In this document: in pieces, positions 13,580-27,363 of the stretch
Layout: each line of letters starts with the position of its first letter
Numbering within the stretch: the stretch's first letter is position 1
Assembly (NCBI GenBank): GCA_951406725.2
Contig: OX597815.1
Span: 37,696,001-37,760,000 of the forward strand
Origin: Octopus vulgaris
Taxonomy: Eukaryota
Length of the DNA stretch: 64,000 nucleotides
Direction of reading: 5' to 3'
Position numbers and translations under genes: made by a program
The notes under the pieces: model-generated
The model's database searches: none
The model's input: only the letters and a program-made list of their open reading frames with translations
Told to the model about the DNA's origin: nothing

Positions 13580-14114
13580 TGCCTTCAGATTTCTGTCGAC
13601 GAGTGTTAATGATACAAACAATGCTTCGTAGTGTTTGCATACGTAAATATATACATGCGTATATTCATGCATACGTACGACGCAGCCTGTTCACATCTTA
13701 AGATTAAGTGACACGAAAACTATTGCCATATATTTCAACGCAAGCTCTACTTCATATGCTCTGAAGTTTTGTGATCTCTCGCCTAAAATATACTCTAAGC
13801 AGGACTAATAGCTGAGCCGTTAGTTCGCTCATTCACATGCATGAGTAGGATTTTGAACAAAACCACGTAGGAATGTCTACCTTGGATGAATATGTATCTA
13901 AATTTGCATCAACTAAATGCACATACACATTACATCAAAGGATACTTTTCCAGCGGAGACACGAATTGGATTAGAATTCGATTGGAATGATACTGTAATA
14001 AATAAACTTTGAAGGTTAATAATTTTCCATTTCTTTCCTTAACATGTCATTTTGAATATCTGTATTTGAATATGTGTTGAAATGTGTGTATAGGTACCGC
14101 AGTCTATGGGAGTT

Positions 14115-15000
14115 GTTCTTTCCTTATTCTTATCATTTATCAACTCAAGCTCAATAAAAAATGTCCCTGTTTCGCAGACAATTATCCGAACATTCTTTCC
14201 TTATTATTATTTCTTAAAAAGTTCTTTCCTTATTCTTATCATTTATCAACTCAAGCTCAATAAAAAATTTCCCTGTTTCGCAGACAATTATCCGAACATT
14301 CTTTCCTTATTATTATTTCTTAAAAAGTTCTTTCCTTATTCTTATCATTTATCAACTCAAGCTCAATAAAAAATTTCCCTGTTTCGCAGACAATTATCCG
14401 AACATTCTTTCCTTATTATTATTTCTTAAAGGTTCTTTCCTTATTCTTATCATTTATCAACTCAAGCTCAATAAAAAATTTCCCTGTCTCGCAGACAATT
14501 ATCCGAACATTCTTTCCTTATTATTATTTCTTAAAGGTTTTTCCTTATTCTTATCATTTATCAACTCAAGCTCAATAAAAAATTTCCCTGTTTCGCAGAC
14601 AATTATCCGAACATTCTTTCCTTATTATTATTTCTTAAAGGTTCTTTCCTTATTCTTATCATTTATCAACTCAAGCTCAATAAAAAATGTCCCTGTCTCG
14701 CAGACAATTATCCGAACATTCTTTCCTTATTATTATTTCTTAAAAAGTTCTTTCCTTATTCTTATCATTTATCAACTCAAGCTCAATAAACAATTTCCCT
14801 GTTTCGCAGACAATTATCCGAACATTCTTTCCTTATTATTATTTCTTAAAGGTTCTTTCCTTATTCTTATCATTTATCAACTCAAGCTCAATAAAAAATG
14901 TCCCTGTTTCGCAGACAATTATCCGAACATTCTTTCCTTATTATTATTTCTTAAAAAGTTCTTTCCTTATTCTTATCAGTTATCAACTCAAGCTCAATAA
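14115..15000. repeat. Tandem array, 104-106 bp unit, about 8.4 copies
   Basis: Unit starts at 14115, 14221, 14327, 14432, 14537, 14641, 14747, 14852 and 14958; copies near-identical. Confidence 0.97.
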
Positions 15001-15317
15001 TGATGAAGTAAACCTATGATGATAAGAATTCAAATCACGATCATCCCAAATTTTTGTAATTTTAGGACTACATTTTTCAGTGTATCCTTTCTTTTTCAAG
15101 ACTGATGTCTGTAAGTTGAAGCACATATTGATAATTTTGGCAAATATAGTGTCCGCATAGAAGCTTTCTTATTCTTTCAGTGAATAAATATACTCCTTAA
15201 AGTAGCAAAATGAAACTCTACATATCCATCTTTTAATATGAATTGAAGTTATATATTGACTATAATATATATGTACACATACATATATGTATACATGCAT
15301 ATACACATACATGCTTT

Positions 15318-15826
15318 TTCTTTTATTTCTTTTACTTCTTCAGTCATTTGACTGCGGCCATGCTGGAGCACCAACTTTTGTCGAACAAATCGACACCGGG
15401 ACTTATTCTTTGTAAGCCTAGTACTTATTCTATCGGTCTTTTTTGCCGAACCGCTAGGTGACGGGAACATAAACACACCAGCATCGGTTGTCAAGCAATG
15501 CTAGGGGGACAAATACAAACATACATGCACATACATATATATATACATATATACGACGAACTTCTTTCAGTTTCCGTCTACCAAATCCACTCACAAGGCT
15601 TTGGTCGGCCCGAGGCTATAGTAGAAGACACTTGCCCAAGGTGCTTGACAACCGATGCTGGTGTGTTTATGTCCCCGTCACTTAGCGGTTCGGCAAAAGA
15701 GACCAATAGAATAAGTATTGGGCTTACAAAGAATAAGTCCCGGGGTCGAGTTGCTCGATTAAAGGCGGTGCTCCAGCATGGCCGCAGTCAAAATGACTGA
15801 AACAAGTAAAAGAGAGTAAAAGAAAG
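15318..15826. mobile_element. Two headless SINE family A pieces joined in inverted orientation
   Basis: Minus-strand copy 15318-15643 joins plus-strand 3' half 15643-15826 at cccaaggtg|cttgacaacc. Confidence 0.85.
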
Positions 15827-16828
15827 TATCCTTGCATATATCTCACATATAGAACTGTCAGTTGTGGTTTTATATCTGCCTAACATAGAATGAAGCCAGG
15901 ATTGTAATAGATGTAACCTCATCTCCAGCATAGGAAAAAGTTCAGCTACTATTTTCCACAAAGTTTGTGAACATGGAAACTAAAACAAGTTTCTAATAGT
16001 TCAGTAACTTGAGAAGAACTATGAAATAAAAACTGACATTGTCTTTCTAGGGGACAGCTAAAACGTAACAAAAAGTAAAAGAAAGAGACTAGTCCATTAA
16101 CAAGGTGGTTTTTTGCTTACTTGGAGTGGGAAACACCTACCATAAACTACACTATAAACATGTCATGCAATATCGACGAGTTTATATAATCTCACCCTCA
16201 AGGCTGCTTCCATGTAATCGAGGAAGAAGAAATTTCCATTAAGTACCTGCTAGATGAAAAAACCCCCCCAAAAAAACAAAGCAAACAAGAAACACATTAG
16301 CTACCACTGAATGGAGATATTATGTACATCTTTGTCAACTACGAAAACATGTTCTTCAGAAACAACTTTCCCAGAAGGCATTATATTTTAGCCATGAATA
16401 AGGATGAAAAATCACAATGCAAGGAGGTGGGCATAGGGAGATTGATGGAACAACAGAAAAATGATAGAACTTCAGAAAAAAATAGAAAAGAAAAAATATG
16501 CAGTCAAAGTAAAACACAACCAATTCAATATTGGGTTTGGGACGACAAATAAAAAAATATGTTGTAGAAATCGATTGCTCACGTGCTGTCTATCTGATAA
16601 AAATATTACTAGAGAAAAAAAGACAACTATGGACAGTCGATAAGGAATTTGATAACGGACAACTTACATACTCACACACACACACACACACATACATTTA
16701 GTAAATAAAATTATAAGTTTCCACCGTATATTGGCCATAGAAAATAGACTCTTTACTAAATTTTCATTCACCACATTTCTCTAATAAATGCAGAATACGT
16801 ACAAGCTTACAAATATATATATATATAC

Positions 16829-17115
16829 ATATTAGAAGAAATGAGGTAATCAGAAGATCGGATGGTTTATATTTACAGATATTTATTTATATATTCCATT
16901 TTTTACATATATATCATATCATTTAGATCATTAGCGCTTTCTCCCATTCTAGTGGGGTTTTCAAATAAAAAAAAATGATTTGAAAACCCCACTAGAATGG
17001 GAGAAAGCGCTATTGATCTAAATGATATGATATATATGTAAAAAATGTAATATATAAATAAATATCTGTAAATATAAACCATCCGATCTTCTGATTACCT
17101 CATTTCTTCTAATAT
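16829..17115. repeat. Near-perfect 287-bp palindrome next to (TA)n
   Basis: Arms of about 137 bp with few mismatches around an A-rich spacer. Confidence 0.92.
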
Positions 17116-18600
17116 ATAATACCTGTACATCATCTCCAAACCTTCCAATATATATATACATATATATATACTAATAAATTTTAATTTTGTCAGTGGCCAG
17201 CATATGAAAAATACCTTTTTCACCTTAATATATATATACATATCCCTCCCTCTCATTATTTGGTTCTCATTCTTTCTTTCCCCTCTCTCCTATTTCTTAG
17301 TCCCTCTGTCTTGTTCAACTCCTCCCCTCATCTACCACGTGATCACTGTCCAGTTTATGCATTGTCGACCTTTTTGGCTGATCGCCTTTGAGGTCAGTTG
17401 CATCTCGTCTGTCTCACCACTCGGTCAGTTAAGATTTTTCCATTTCCTTTTTCCTTGCGTGAGCTTACTACACTGTCTAATAGTCGAAAGACACTGTTTT
17501 GTTTTATTTTTGTTGTGGAGAAAAAATGGCTTTTGTCCACTGTATCTGTATAATTCTATTTCTTCTGTTACGTTCGTCCGATAGTCGAAAGACCCTCGGT
17601 GTTTGTTACTTCCTTGTGTTTGTATATATACATTCGTTTGCCTTACTCAGGAACTTAATGCCTTCAGCTTAAGTCCTTGGTTCAACTCGTTTCGAGTAAT
17701 ATCGGAGAGGATTAGGCGAAACTACGTGGACATTCCAGACACCGACTGAAGAAGCAATTGGCTGCGATTGATCATTATATCTTCTTTTGTCCTGTTTGCC
17801 GTTGTTGTGCTATCGTCCCTTTTCTGCTTATGTTTGACGATTTCCGTTTGTTGTGTTTTTTACATCTTCTATATATATATATATATATATAAGTTCAAAT
17901 AAAGGTTAGCAACCTCATTAAGGAATAATAAAATCCATGGAATTTACTGATTTATTACTTATTAGCAGAAGTGTTGTATATTACAATTAATATTCAACTG
18001 TAAGGTAACTGGATAAATCGGGGTTTATATATATTTTTAAGAAAATATACGAAAATAGAGAGATAAATAGGACATCATCTCTGACAGCTGTTTCGATTGA
18101 AGACTTTTGGAAATTAATTAGCATAATTAAAAACATTTTAAAGCTGAATCTCTCTGGAAGTAGCTAAAAATATAACATTAGATTTCCATGCTCCAGTGTG
18201 TTGAGTGTTCGGCTCCAAACCGTTAATTGATAAATGTATAGAAAAATGTGGTGTGAACCCTACAAAGAGGAGGTAGGTACTATATTTATTGAAGTTATTA
18301 TATACAAAATTGAATATAAATGAATAATTGAGTATGGCATTAAGACATTATATCTCTCTAGAGTAGTAAATAAAAGAAATTGTGAATGTGGTTATAAGAA
18401 TGTAATAGCAGTATATTATAAATAGTTATTAATATTATAGGTAAGCAATATTTAAATTAATATTATAGTGAACTAATAAAAGTACATTTTAGGTGCATTA
18501 TAATATAATAAAAATACAATAGAAATGAGATAAAAATGCAAGAAGCCAAAAATATAGTAAAGTAATAAACTAATGAAAAGTATAGAATAGATTATTAAGT

Positions 18601-19022
18601 AGACAGGAGTGGCTGTGTGGTAAGTAGCTTGTTTACCAACCACATGGTTCCGGGTTCAGTCCCACTGCGTGGCATCTTGGGCAAATGTCTTCTGCTATAG
18701 CCTCGGGCCGACCAATGCCTTGTGAGTGGATTTGGTAGACGGAAACTGAAAGAAGCCTGTCGTATATATGTATATATATATGTGTGTGTGTGTGTTTGTG
18801 TGTCTGTGTTTGTCCCCCTAGCACTGCATGACAACCGATGCTGGTGTGTTTACGTCCCCGTCACTTAGCGGTTCGGCAAAAGAGACCGATAGAATAAGTA
18901 CTGGGCTTACAAAGAATAAGTCCCGGGGTCGATTTGCTCGACTAAAGGCGGTGCTCCAGCATGGCCGCAGTCAAATGACTGAAACAAGTAAAAGAGTAAA
19001 AGAGTAAAAGAGAGAGAGAGAG
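18601..19022 (+). mobile_element. Full-length SINE family A with target-site duplication
   Basis: A-box TGGCTGTGTGG, B-box GGTTCAGTCCC, (AAGAGTAA)/(AG) tail; AGTAGACAGG repeated at 18598-18607 and 19023-19032. Confidence 0.95.
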
Positions 19023-19379
19023 AGTAGACAGGTAAGAATTTGTTTTTATGCAAGTATAAACAAAAACATAAGGCAACATTTTGTTGTATTTGCTGAAGTT
19101 CGGTTTTGATCAGATGTCAAATTTCATTGGCCTAGAGTTAAGTGACGTCAGCAACTGGTGTTATGAGAATCAACCAACAGGTGCGGCTGGTGGCCGCTCC
19201 CCACAGGGAAGTCAACTACGCAGAATGACAAACTTGACCATCAGGAAAACAAGACTTCACCTGTACTTTAACGAATCAAAAATCAGATCCGTGCACGCAA
19301 AAAAATTATAAATACACCGGATTCCCAAAAAACACCATTACAAGAGAAAGTACCTGCACACGACGGGAGGAGAATCACA

Positions 19380-19670
19380 GAAACTGTAAACCAAATCCCA
19401 TTTTTTTTACTATCTTCATTTCTCCCTTGTTTTTCTCCCTCTAAAACTCAGTATAACTGAAACTTTGACGATATTAATTTTGTTGTCGATCACTACTAAC
19501 ACCATTGAATTTTGTACATTTAAACAAGTTTATCCACAGTTTATATATTATTGACTGTTGTGAACATTTGAATTTGTCAATATTGAAACTTTTAAACATG
19601 TTTTTTTAAAATTCATAATTCAAAATTTTTACCATTGATAAACAAAAAAATATTGTTGAAACTAGTTTGG
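19380..19670 (-). repeat. Interspersed repeat homologous to 40298-40602 (upstream of the Helitron remnant)
   Basis: Reverse-complement match, e.g. cattgataaacaaaaaaatattgttgaaactagttt. Confidence 0.65.
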
Positions 19671-19748
19671 TATATATGTAAATAAATTTATTTTATAACA
19701 ATTACAAGTTTTTTTTCATATTTAAGCGCATTTTCAACAAGAAATTTG

Positions 19749-20175
<427 letters not shown>

Positions 20176-21590
20176 GTGTGTATTTATATGCATTTATTGA
20201 TCCTTTTCTTGCCAAGGATAATACATAAAAATGTTTTAAATATTTTTTTTTATATAACATGATATAAAAGCAAGCATTAATACTTACACCCATACAGGAA
20301 CAGAGGACATAGATACATAGATGTGCATGTATATTTTTGCATTTGGAATTGAAAGGGATTGAGGGATAGAATGCACGCGTGTTCAAGAGTATGCGTTGAA
20401 TTGTGTAGGTGTATGAGTTTATGTGCATCAGTATATACATACATAAAAATACCACACACACACACACACACACATACACATGCGTTCATACATTTGAGTG
20501 CATGTTTGTGTGTATGCATGTGTGTTTGAGTATGCCAATATATTTCCATTCATATATGTATAGATAAACGCATGCACACATGAATGTGCTTATAATTATA
20601 TTCATACGCATGTAAATGCGTATACGGTTAGAAAGTAGTCTCTCCTTTTATTATTCTCCCCTTAAATTACTCTCTCAATATGTACATACAGTAAAACTCC
20701 AATGTGTAACGTGTAATTTCCTCGCAAAATCTCAAATTTAAATTAAGCGACACATATCACGAAGAATTAGTCGGCATATTTTCCAAAAACCTTTTCTTCA
20801 AGAAAAAAAAATGTATTAAATCTTAATAATTTTTCGTATTAATATAACATTTTTGTATTAAAATCAGTAAGTTTCATGTAAAATATATTAAAACCAATAT
20901 ATTGGATTATGATAAATCATCTACTTTTCTGGTAGTTGCAAAACATTGCATATGATTTAATTTTAATATCATTTAGGGTTCCAGTTTCTTACACCAAATT
21001 ACGTATTACGTATGGAATTTTACAGACTATATCATGTTTTCTATATACGGATACTAGTATGCCTGTTTGGTTATTGTATATACACGTATATCGCACATAT
21101 ATCTCACACGAAAGCTCATGTATGCAAACATTCACAAAGACGGAAAATTGGCAAAAACCTTTCAGCGTAGGTATGTCCCGCTTCTTATGTTCAGAGTTGA
21201 AACCCTGCCTATGTCTTTCTTTTCCATCGTCCGAGATCGATCACATATAATTCTCAATCACTGAGGTTTATATTATCAACTATCCAGATTTCGCAAATTT
21301 AAAGATTTGTTCCTTTGTCAGAAATCATTAAAAATATGTATCTGTGTGTGTAAATACATACAAATATACAAGCATACAGATAATAAAGCATACTTGCACA
21401 TGCATACACACACATATGTGCATGTGTGTGCATAGGTGTACACAGACAAGCAGGAAGCAAATAGACACCTTTAATTTTCAAAATTTCTGATCTAAGCGTC
21501 TTACTATGTTTTCAGCGGTGTAGAATTTACAATGTAATTTTGCTTTTTCATTCCAGGTGCCATTATATTTAACATTTGCGAGGAGTAACC

Positions 21591-21960
21591 ATGCCACGCA
21601 CAAAAAAGTCAGCACAACTGTCAGATTTTCAAAGAAGTCGTATTGTTGGGCAATCTGAGGCTGGTCTTAGCCAGCGAAAAATTGCCGAAAATCTTCAGAT
21701 TCCTCTTGCTGCTGTTAATAGAATTATTGTGCAATTCAAAAGCCAAGGAAAAGAATCAACAGATTCTCATCCAGGCCGAGCTGGGCCCTCGGAAATGAAG
21801 CTTCGCTGTTTGAATAGAATTGTGGAAAACTAACCCTGTTCTAAGGCTTCTGACATTGCAAAACAGCAAGAAGTTAGTCCAAGAACGGGTGTTACATATC
21901 TGTAGAAGCTTGGGTATTATGGACGAGCAGCTAGAAGAAAACCTCTCCTTCAACCAATTT
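21591..21960 (+). pseudogene. Tc1-family transposase N-terminal (HTH) fragment
   Basis: [20 protein letters not shown]...[11 protein letters not shown]...PGR, then GYYGRAARRKPLL after a stop/frameshift. Confidence 0.85.
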
Positions 21961-23189
21961 ATATCAAATAAAAGATTTCGAAAATTAATGGTGTCTATTT
22001 ACTCCCTGCATGTCTGTGTAAGTGTGTGTAGGTGTATTATATAGAAATCAAGAAAATTTCACATAATTTTTTGTACATTGTCTTTCCTTATAACTTTTGA
22101 AAAGTATAGTTTCGATTGCTACACTCGACTGTCTTTGAAAAAACATGAAATAAGCGGCTAGTGATAAATTACTGTTTTAAAACACCCTTAAATATTGAAA
22201 ATTTTTAAAACACCCTTAAATATTCAAAACTTTTACATATATGCCTAGAAAAATCTCGTGGCAATCTTAGAAATTACAATTTTAATTTGAATCTCGGAAC
22301 AGTGTTTGCAAAATCTGATATCCAGAGCGAAGTATTGATGGGATTATAAATGTTTGCGAACTTTAACAGAAGAAATTTGGTAAGATAAAATTAAGTAGGT
22401 GACTAGTATATAAAAATACTGACTCGGTATTAATCATTGTATATTGCATATTGTATAGTAATCTCAAAATTTAAGTACACGTTCCCAGTAACGTTCAACA
22501 AATCTGTCTCGTAGACCCCGTTGTTTTTTAAGACATTTGTAGTAATGATGAACGAACCATTTGATGGTAGCACCCATGGTAAACAATTTGTACAACAACT
22601 ACTCTTTTTAATAATGATTAAAATAAAAGAGACTAATCTCATGAAAATAATTTTCAACGACGGCTGCTGTATCAACGTTTTTGATGAGTAATAATAAACA
22701 TAGAGGGAAAGGATCAGTTTTCACAGCTTTGGACATTTTGGAATTAAAATAAGAATAAACAATACTCGGCCACATAAAGAATGTTAGGCCTGTGTAAGAG
22801 ATAATCCATACATATAATACCAGGTCTGTGTGAATGGACAAAAGCTGCAGGCAGCTAATAGGTTCTCCAACCTCATCATAGCATTCTCAAGCGTTTTAAA
22901 CATCGATAAAGAGGTCACCAACAGAATTTTCAGAGTTAACACTGACTCAGAAACTTGCAGGGGTGAGTTGTTTACAACGAGAGAACAAACATGCTAAGAG
23001 CCAGACCTCACCCGCGAATGAATTCGATCTGGTGACTCGCACTATACTTACGCTAATTGCTTTTGCTGCCGATGTTCGCGATTAGACGTAGAAATATTTT
23101 CGTCTCTCTCATACCTTAGCCCCAAAGTATCCACAGAATGTAACCGCTAGAAGGAGAGGGAAAGGCGAACCAACCAATACGCGGCTGAT

Positions 23190-23317
23190 GCTCATATTCA
23201 GCTGAGTAGACTGGCGTAAAAATGAAATGAAGGGCCTTGCTCAAAAATCCTACCTGCCGCCAAGTCCAGGAATTGAATTCACAACATTACGACCCTGGGC
23301 TGAAGCTTAACCTCTAG
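23190..23317 (-). mobile_element. Old SINE family C fragment
   Basis: cagctgagtagactgg...ccttgctcaa...ggaattgaattc is the reverse complement of the CORE-like segment and B-box. Confidence 0.55.
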
Positions 23318-23956
23318 TTCGATTTGTTAATAGTGACCCAATGCCTTAGTGTTTGTCAAAAATTATGTAGACTTGATCAATCAGTGTAAGTAAAAGCACA
23401 ACAGTTGTCCCTGATTTTAATCTTTCTAAAGGAAAATTTCAAGGAAACAAAATATCTGTGCTGTATTTGTTGTAGTCTAAATTCACTCTTTTCCCTTTTA
23501 TTTAAATACATCAATTATATACTTGGCTTGACAACAATAAGAAGCATGAATGTTATCCATAATTTCTTTGTTGTCGACTTTCTGATCTACATCAGAAATA
23601 TCTAGAATACCATTAACTGATATAGGAAAGATATTTGAGCAGCAGAATGTTTCAAAGAAAATGATATAGTTTCTCTCAATATTTCATGTCTCATGCAACG
23701 ACGTATAAATATCTAGGAATTGATGTAAATAAATTTTTTATTTACGCGCGTGCATGTGTGTAAGTGATTCATGAATGCTACTCAGGGAACGTAATCTAGT
23801 ATAACCTGTTACAAAATCGGAGACAAATCCAGTGCACATAGCATATTAGCCTGATCAAGAGTGTTACTAGAATTCAGTAGAAAATATTGGACCATGTCAA
23901 AGGACAGATAATGCCAACATGGGGTCAAATGTTATCTAGCAACATACTGTATCGTA

Positions 23957-24191
23957 GCGCGGCGAGCTGGTAGAATCGTCAGCACGCCGGGCGAAATGCT
24001 TAGCTCTATTTCGTCTGCCGTTACGTTCTGAGTTCAAATTCCGCCGAGGTGGACTTTGCCTTTCATCCTTTCTGGATCAATTAAATAAGTACCAGTTACG
24101 TACTGGAGTCGATGTAATCGACTTAATCAGTTTGTTTGTCCTTGTTTGTCACCTCTATGTTTATCCCCTTGTGGGTAATAAATAAATAAAT
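23957..24191 (+). mobile_element. SINE family B with gcccc-ttgt-ggg-type stem tail
   Basis: gcggcgagctggtagaatcg head, GAGTTCAAATTCC B-box, (AAAT)n end. Confidence 0.9.
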
Positions 24192-24492
24192 ATACTGTGT
24201 CGTAAGAATTCCCGAAACAGTTAACAAAACCATTGAAAGACTATTATACGAGTATATGGCCACTAAATGTTCAAGGCAATTTTTCTAAGAAATTCTCTCC
24301 AAATGAAAACCTGGAATGCTAAACTAATGTAAACATTGATCTACAACCATTTCTAAATACGCAAGGATTTTAGTAAGGTGCTATGCAAGAAATATCTATC
24401 TTGCTTCTTGAATGTTTATCTTAGAGAATTTTCTTGCACAGACATTATAAACAAAGATGGCTCACATAACGCTGTTGATCTCTCTTTCTCTG

Positions 24493-24548
<56 letters not shown>

Positions 24549-24549
<1 letters not shown>

Positions 24550-24737
24550 CATTGTTCAGTTTATTTCAAGATTTCTTGCCAATAGAGAAAGATCCGGTTT
24601 CTAACCAAGATTCAAGGCTCCTTCATAAGAATTTCAACATTAACCACAGAGTATGTATGTATGTATGTATGTATGTATGTATGTATGTATGTATGTATGT
24701 ATGTATGTATGTATGTATGTATGTATATATGTATGTA

Positions 24738-24770
<33 letters not shown>

Positions 24771-26288
24771 ATATGTATGTATGTATGTATGTATGTAAGT
24801 ATGTATGTGTGGATGTATATGTGCAGATTTGTAAGTTTTGCTTTATGTACGTATTCTCATGCATACAGTTGCATATCTAGACGTGCTCATATATATTTAA
24901 ATGATAAAGTTCTAGAAAGTTTTACAGATTTTTACACTTCCAGTGATGGATTGGATCTATAGTCTTTCAATTAGCTTCCTCCTTTCTGGTTTGAGAGGCC
25001 TAATTTCTCAAGATTGGTATTTAGGCAGTGTGTAACATCTCCCAGGCCCCCAATAACTACATGTATAAACATGAATTTGTAATCTGGATAAGGTAACTGC
25101 AGATTTCTCAATAGTTCAGCGTAAGTATTCTCTTTTTCACTGATTTTCAGCTTTATGTTAGCATCCGCTGGGCAGCTAATTTCCACTGCTGTTCACAGTT
25201 TCTCTTCGCTATCCCAAATCATTAGGACATGTCTGTTGTGCTTATTGAGGTCTTCACTAGGACATTCCACCAATACTCCTTTTTATTATGAGTGGACATG
25301 ACTTCTACCATACTGTAGGTTCTTATTTCTTTGTCCTTGGGGTCATCCTTCCCACGGATTTCATTATGGAATGCCCTAGCTACAAGATCATGTCTATTTG
25401 GTAGATAATACCGTCATGAAATTTTCGGACAACTGCTTATGATATGGGTGATATCTTCGGTGATAACAAGCTCTGCATCAGTTGTCATATTTTACTGGTT
25501 TTCCTGCATCTCTATCCCTTTTGTGCATTATGTACTTGGTTAATATTTCCTGTTTCTGGATTGCAAACACATACACTTCAAAGTGTGAGGTAGTAATCTG
25601 GCTATTGGTCCATGATAAACAGCTTTGATGTTCGATGTTACTATCGTCTCTGTACTTTCTACTAACATATCCATGCAAGTCTTCTGCTCATACAGGCTCA
25701 TCCTTTCATCTGATGATACTTTGGGTATGTATTCTATGTTATCAGACAAGGAACGTTGCTCAAGGAGCTGCCTTCCAAGTTTTATAATGTCATTAGCTTC
25801 TTGTATGCAAGCCTGGTCAAGGGATGCACCTCGGCACTTGGTGGTTACAAGTTGTTGCCGAATGGATATGATGCGACATTCAAAGGCATTTTGGATCAAT
25901 GTTAAGCGTCTGCTCTTATTTTCATCTTAGGTAGAGGTGGTCTACGTCACCGTTTATCTGGAAATTATGTGTGCTTGTGAGTATGCTTTGGGTTTTTACA
26001 TCAGTGGCTCGGATCTCATCAAGCGTCCAATCAAGCAGCCCAAATGTTGGTCAGAGTACTGGCACTGTAAACACATTGTGATCCACTGTTTCATTGAACG
26101 CAGAGAGTTCTGAGGTCAACATTTTCTTTATTCGGCTCTAATATTCTATAGCGGCACGTGTTTTGTTACAGGTGCCATTGTAAGATATGTTTTCATCCAC
26201 CCTTAGATACCTGTAACATTCCTCGTCAGATATAGTGGAAACGGTCAAATCATTGATGGAGATGTTACTAGTTTGGTTAATAGTTTTC

Positions 26289-26290
<2 letters not shown>
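24549..26290 (-). mobile_element. 5'-truncated non-LTR retrotransposon with restriction-like endonuclease (R4/Dong-like)
   Basis: Decayed YRYLRV, FAIQKQEI, EDITHIISSC..RHD and EISCP..N...K...Y..L...VVIGGLG motifs; (ATGT)n at both ends. Confidence 0.8.
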
Positions 26291-26319
<29 letters not shown>

Positions 26320-26464
26320 TGTATGTATGTATGTATGTATGTATGTATGTATGTATGTATGTATGAATGTATGTATGTATGCATGTATGTATGTATGCAT
26401 GTATAGACATGTACACACACAAATGTATATGTAAGTATACATAACTATGTGTATATATACATGG

Positions 26465-26501
<37 letters not shown>

Positions 26502-27363
26502 CGTAGATAAAAATGTGTGCATGTATGTACCTGTGTCTGCATATGAGTGTGAGGAGAGAGAGAGAGAGAAGGAAAGAAAGAAGGAAAGGAAGAAAGAGAA
26601 AGTGATGGGAAAATGGATTTAAGATTGACTCTTGTTAAATCGTAGTAGTAAGAATATATGTGTGAGTTGAGATATTTGCTGATTAGAATCATTGGTTGAT
26701 ATTAGGCGGGTAGCAACCATTATATATTAAATAATATTGTAATGCATTAGGGTGTCAGCTGTGACCTTCTATGATTGTAGAATATGCCACGCTATAGTTA
26801 TCTTCAAAATGATGTGAAATCGGTCAGTATTTTCATAATTTACAAGAATGAATATTCCCATCACATTTCACCTTTCAGGCAGTATATTTTGCTTTATCGA
26901 AAGCAAGAAAATATTCCGTGTATTTTTTCTCTTTTTCCCTTCTCTTTTCTTGTTAAACCTACTTTGTTCGTGTTGCAGTATTGTATAAACTTCCTACTTA
27001 ATATTCAAATGGTCATACGATCGTATTTGTTATATACTCGTGACAAATACAATGCCTTGAATATCTAGAGAATACAACACGACAGACATTTAGTGCTCAC
27101 TGATCATAGATATCGTTACTGCGTAGTTACATTCGATGTGCTTTGTTTTGATTTATCAGGATCAAACCAGTATGCTGTGCTTCATAAATATTGATCGACT
27201 GGAAACATTTAAAAAAAATTTCAAATATTTGATAAACCTACAGAAACGATTCTGTTCTCATATAATCAATCAGCTATCACGCGTTGCCTATATTATCTCT
27301 CTTTCGTGCACGCGCGCTATACACACAGGCGCAGGAGTGACAGTGGTAAGAAGTTTGCTCCCC

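Noticed and set aside
14115-15000. Tandem array as a CRISPR array or hammerhead satellite
   Set aside because: No unique spacers or cas genes; GAAAC is present on the minus strand but there is no CUGANGA core.
22430-22841. Short ORFs and a possible 46-nt exon
   Set aside because: No recognisable protein similarity; signals at chance level.
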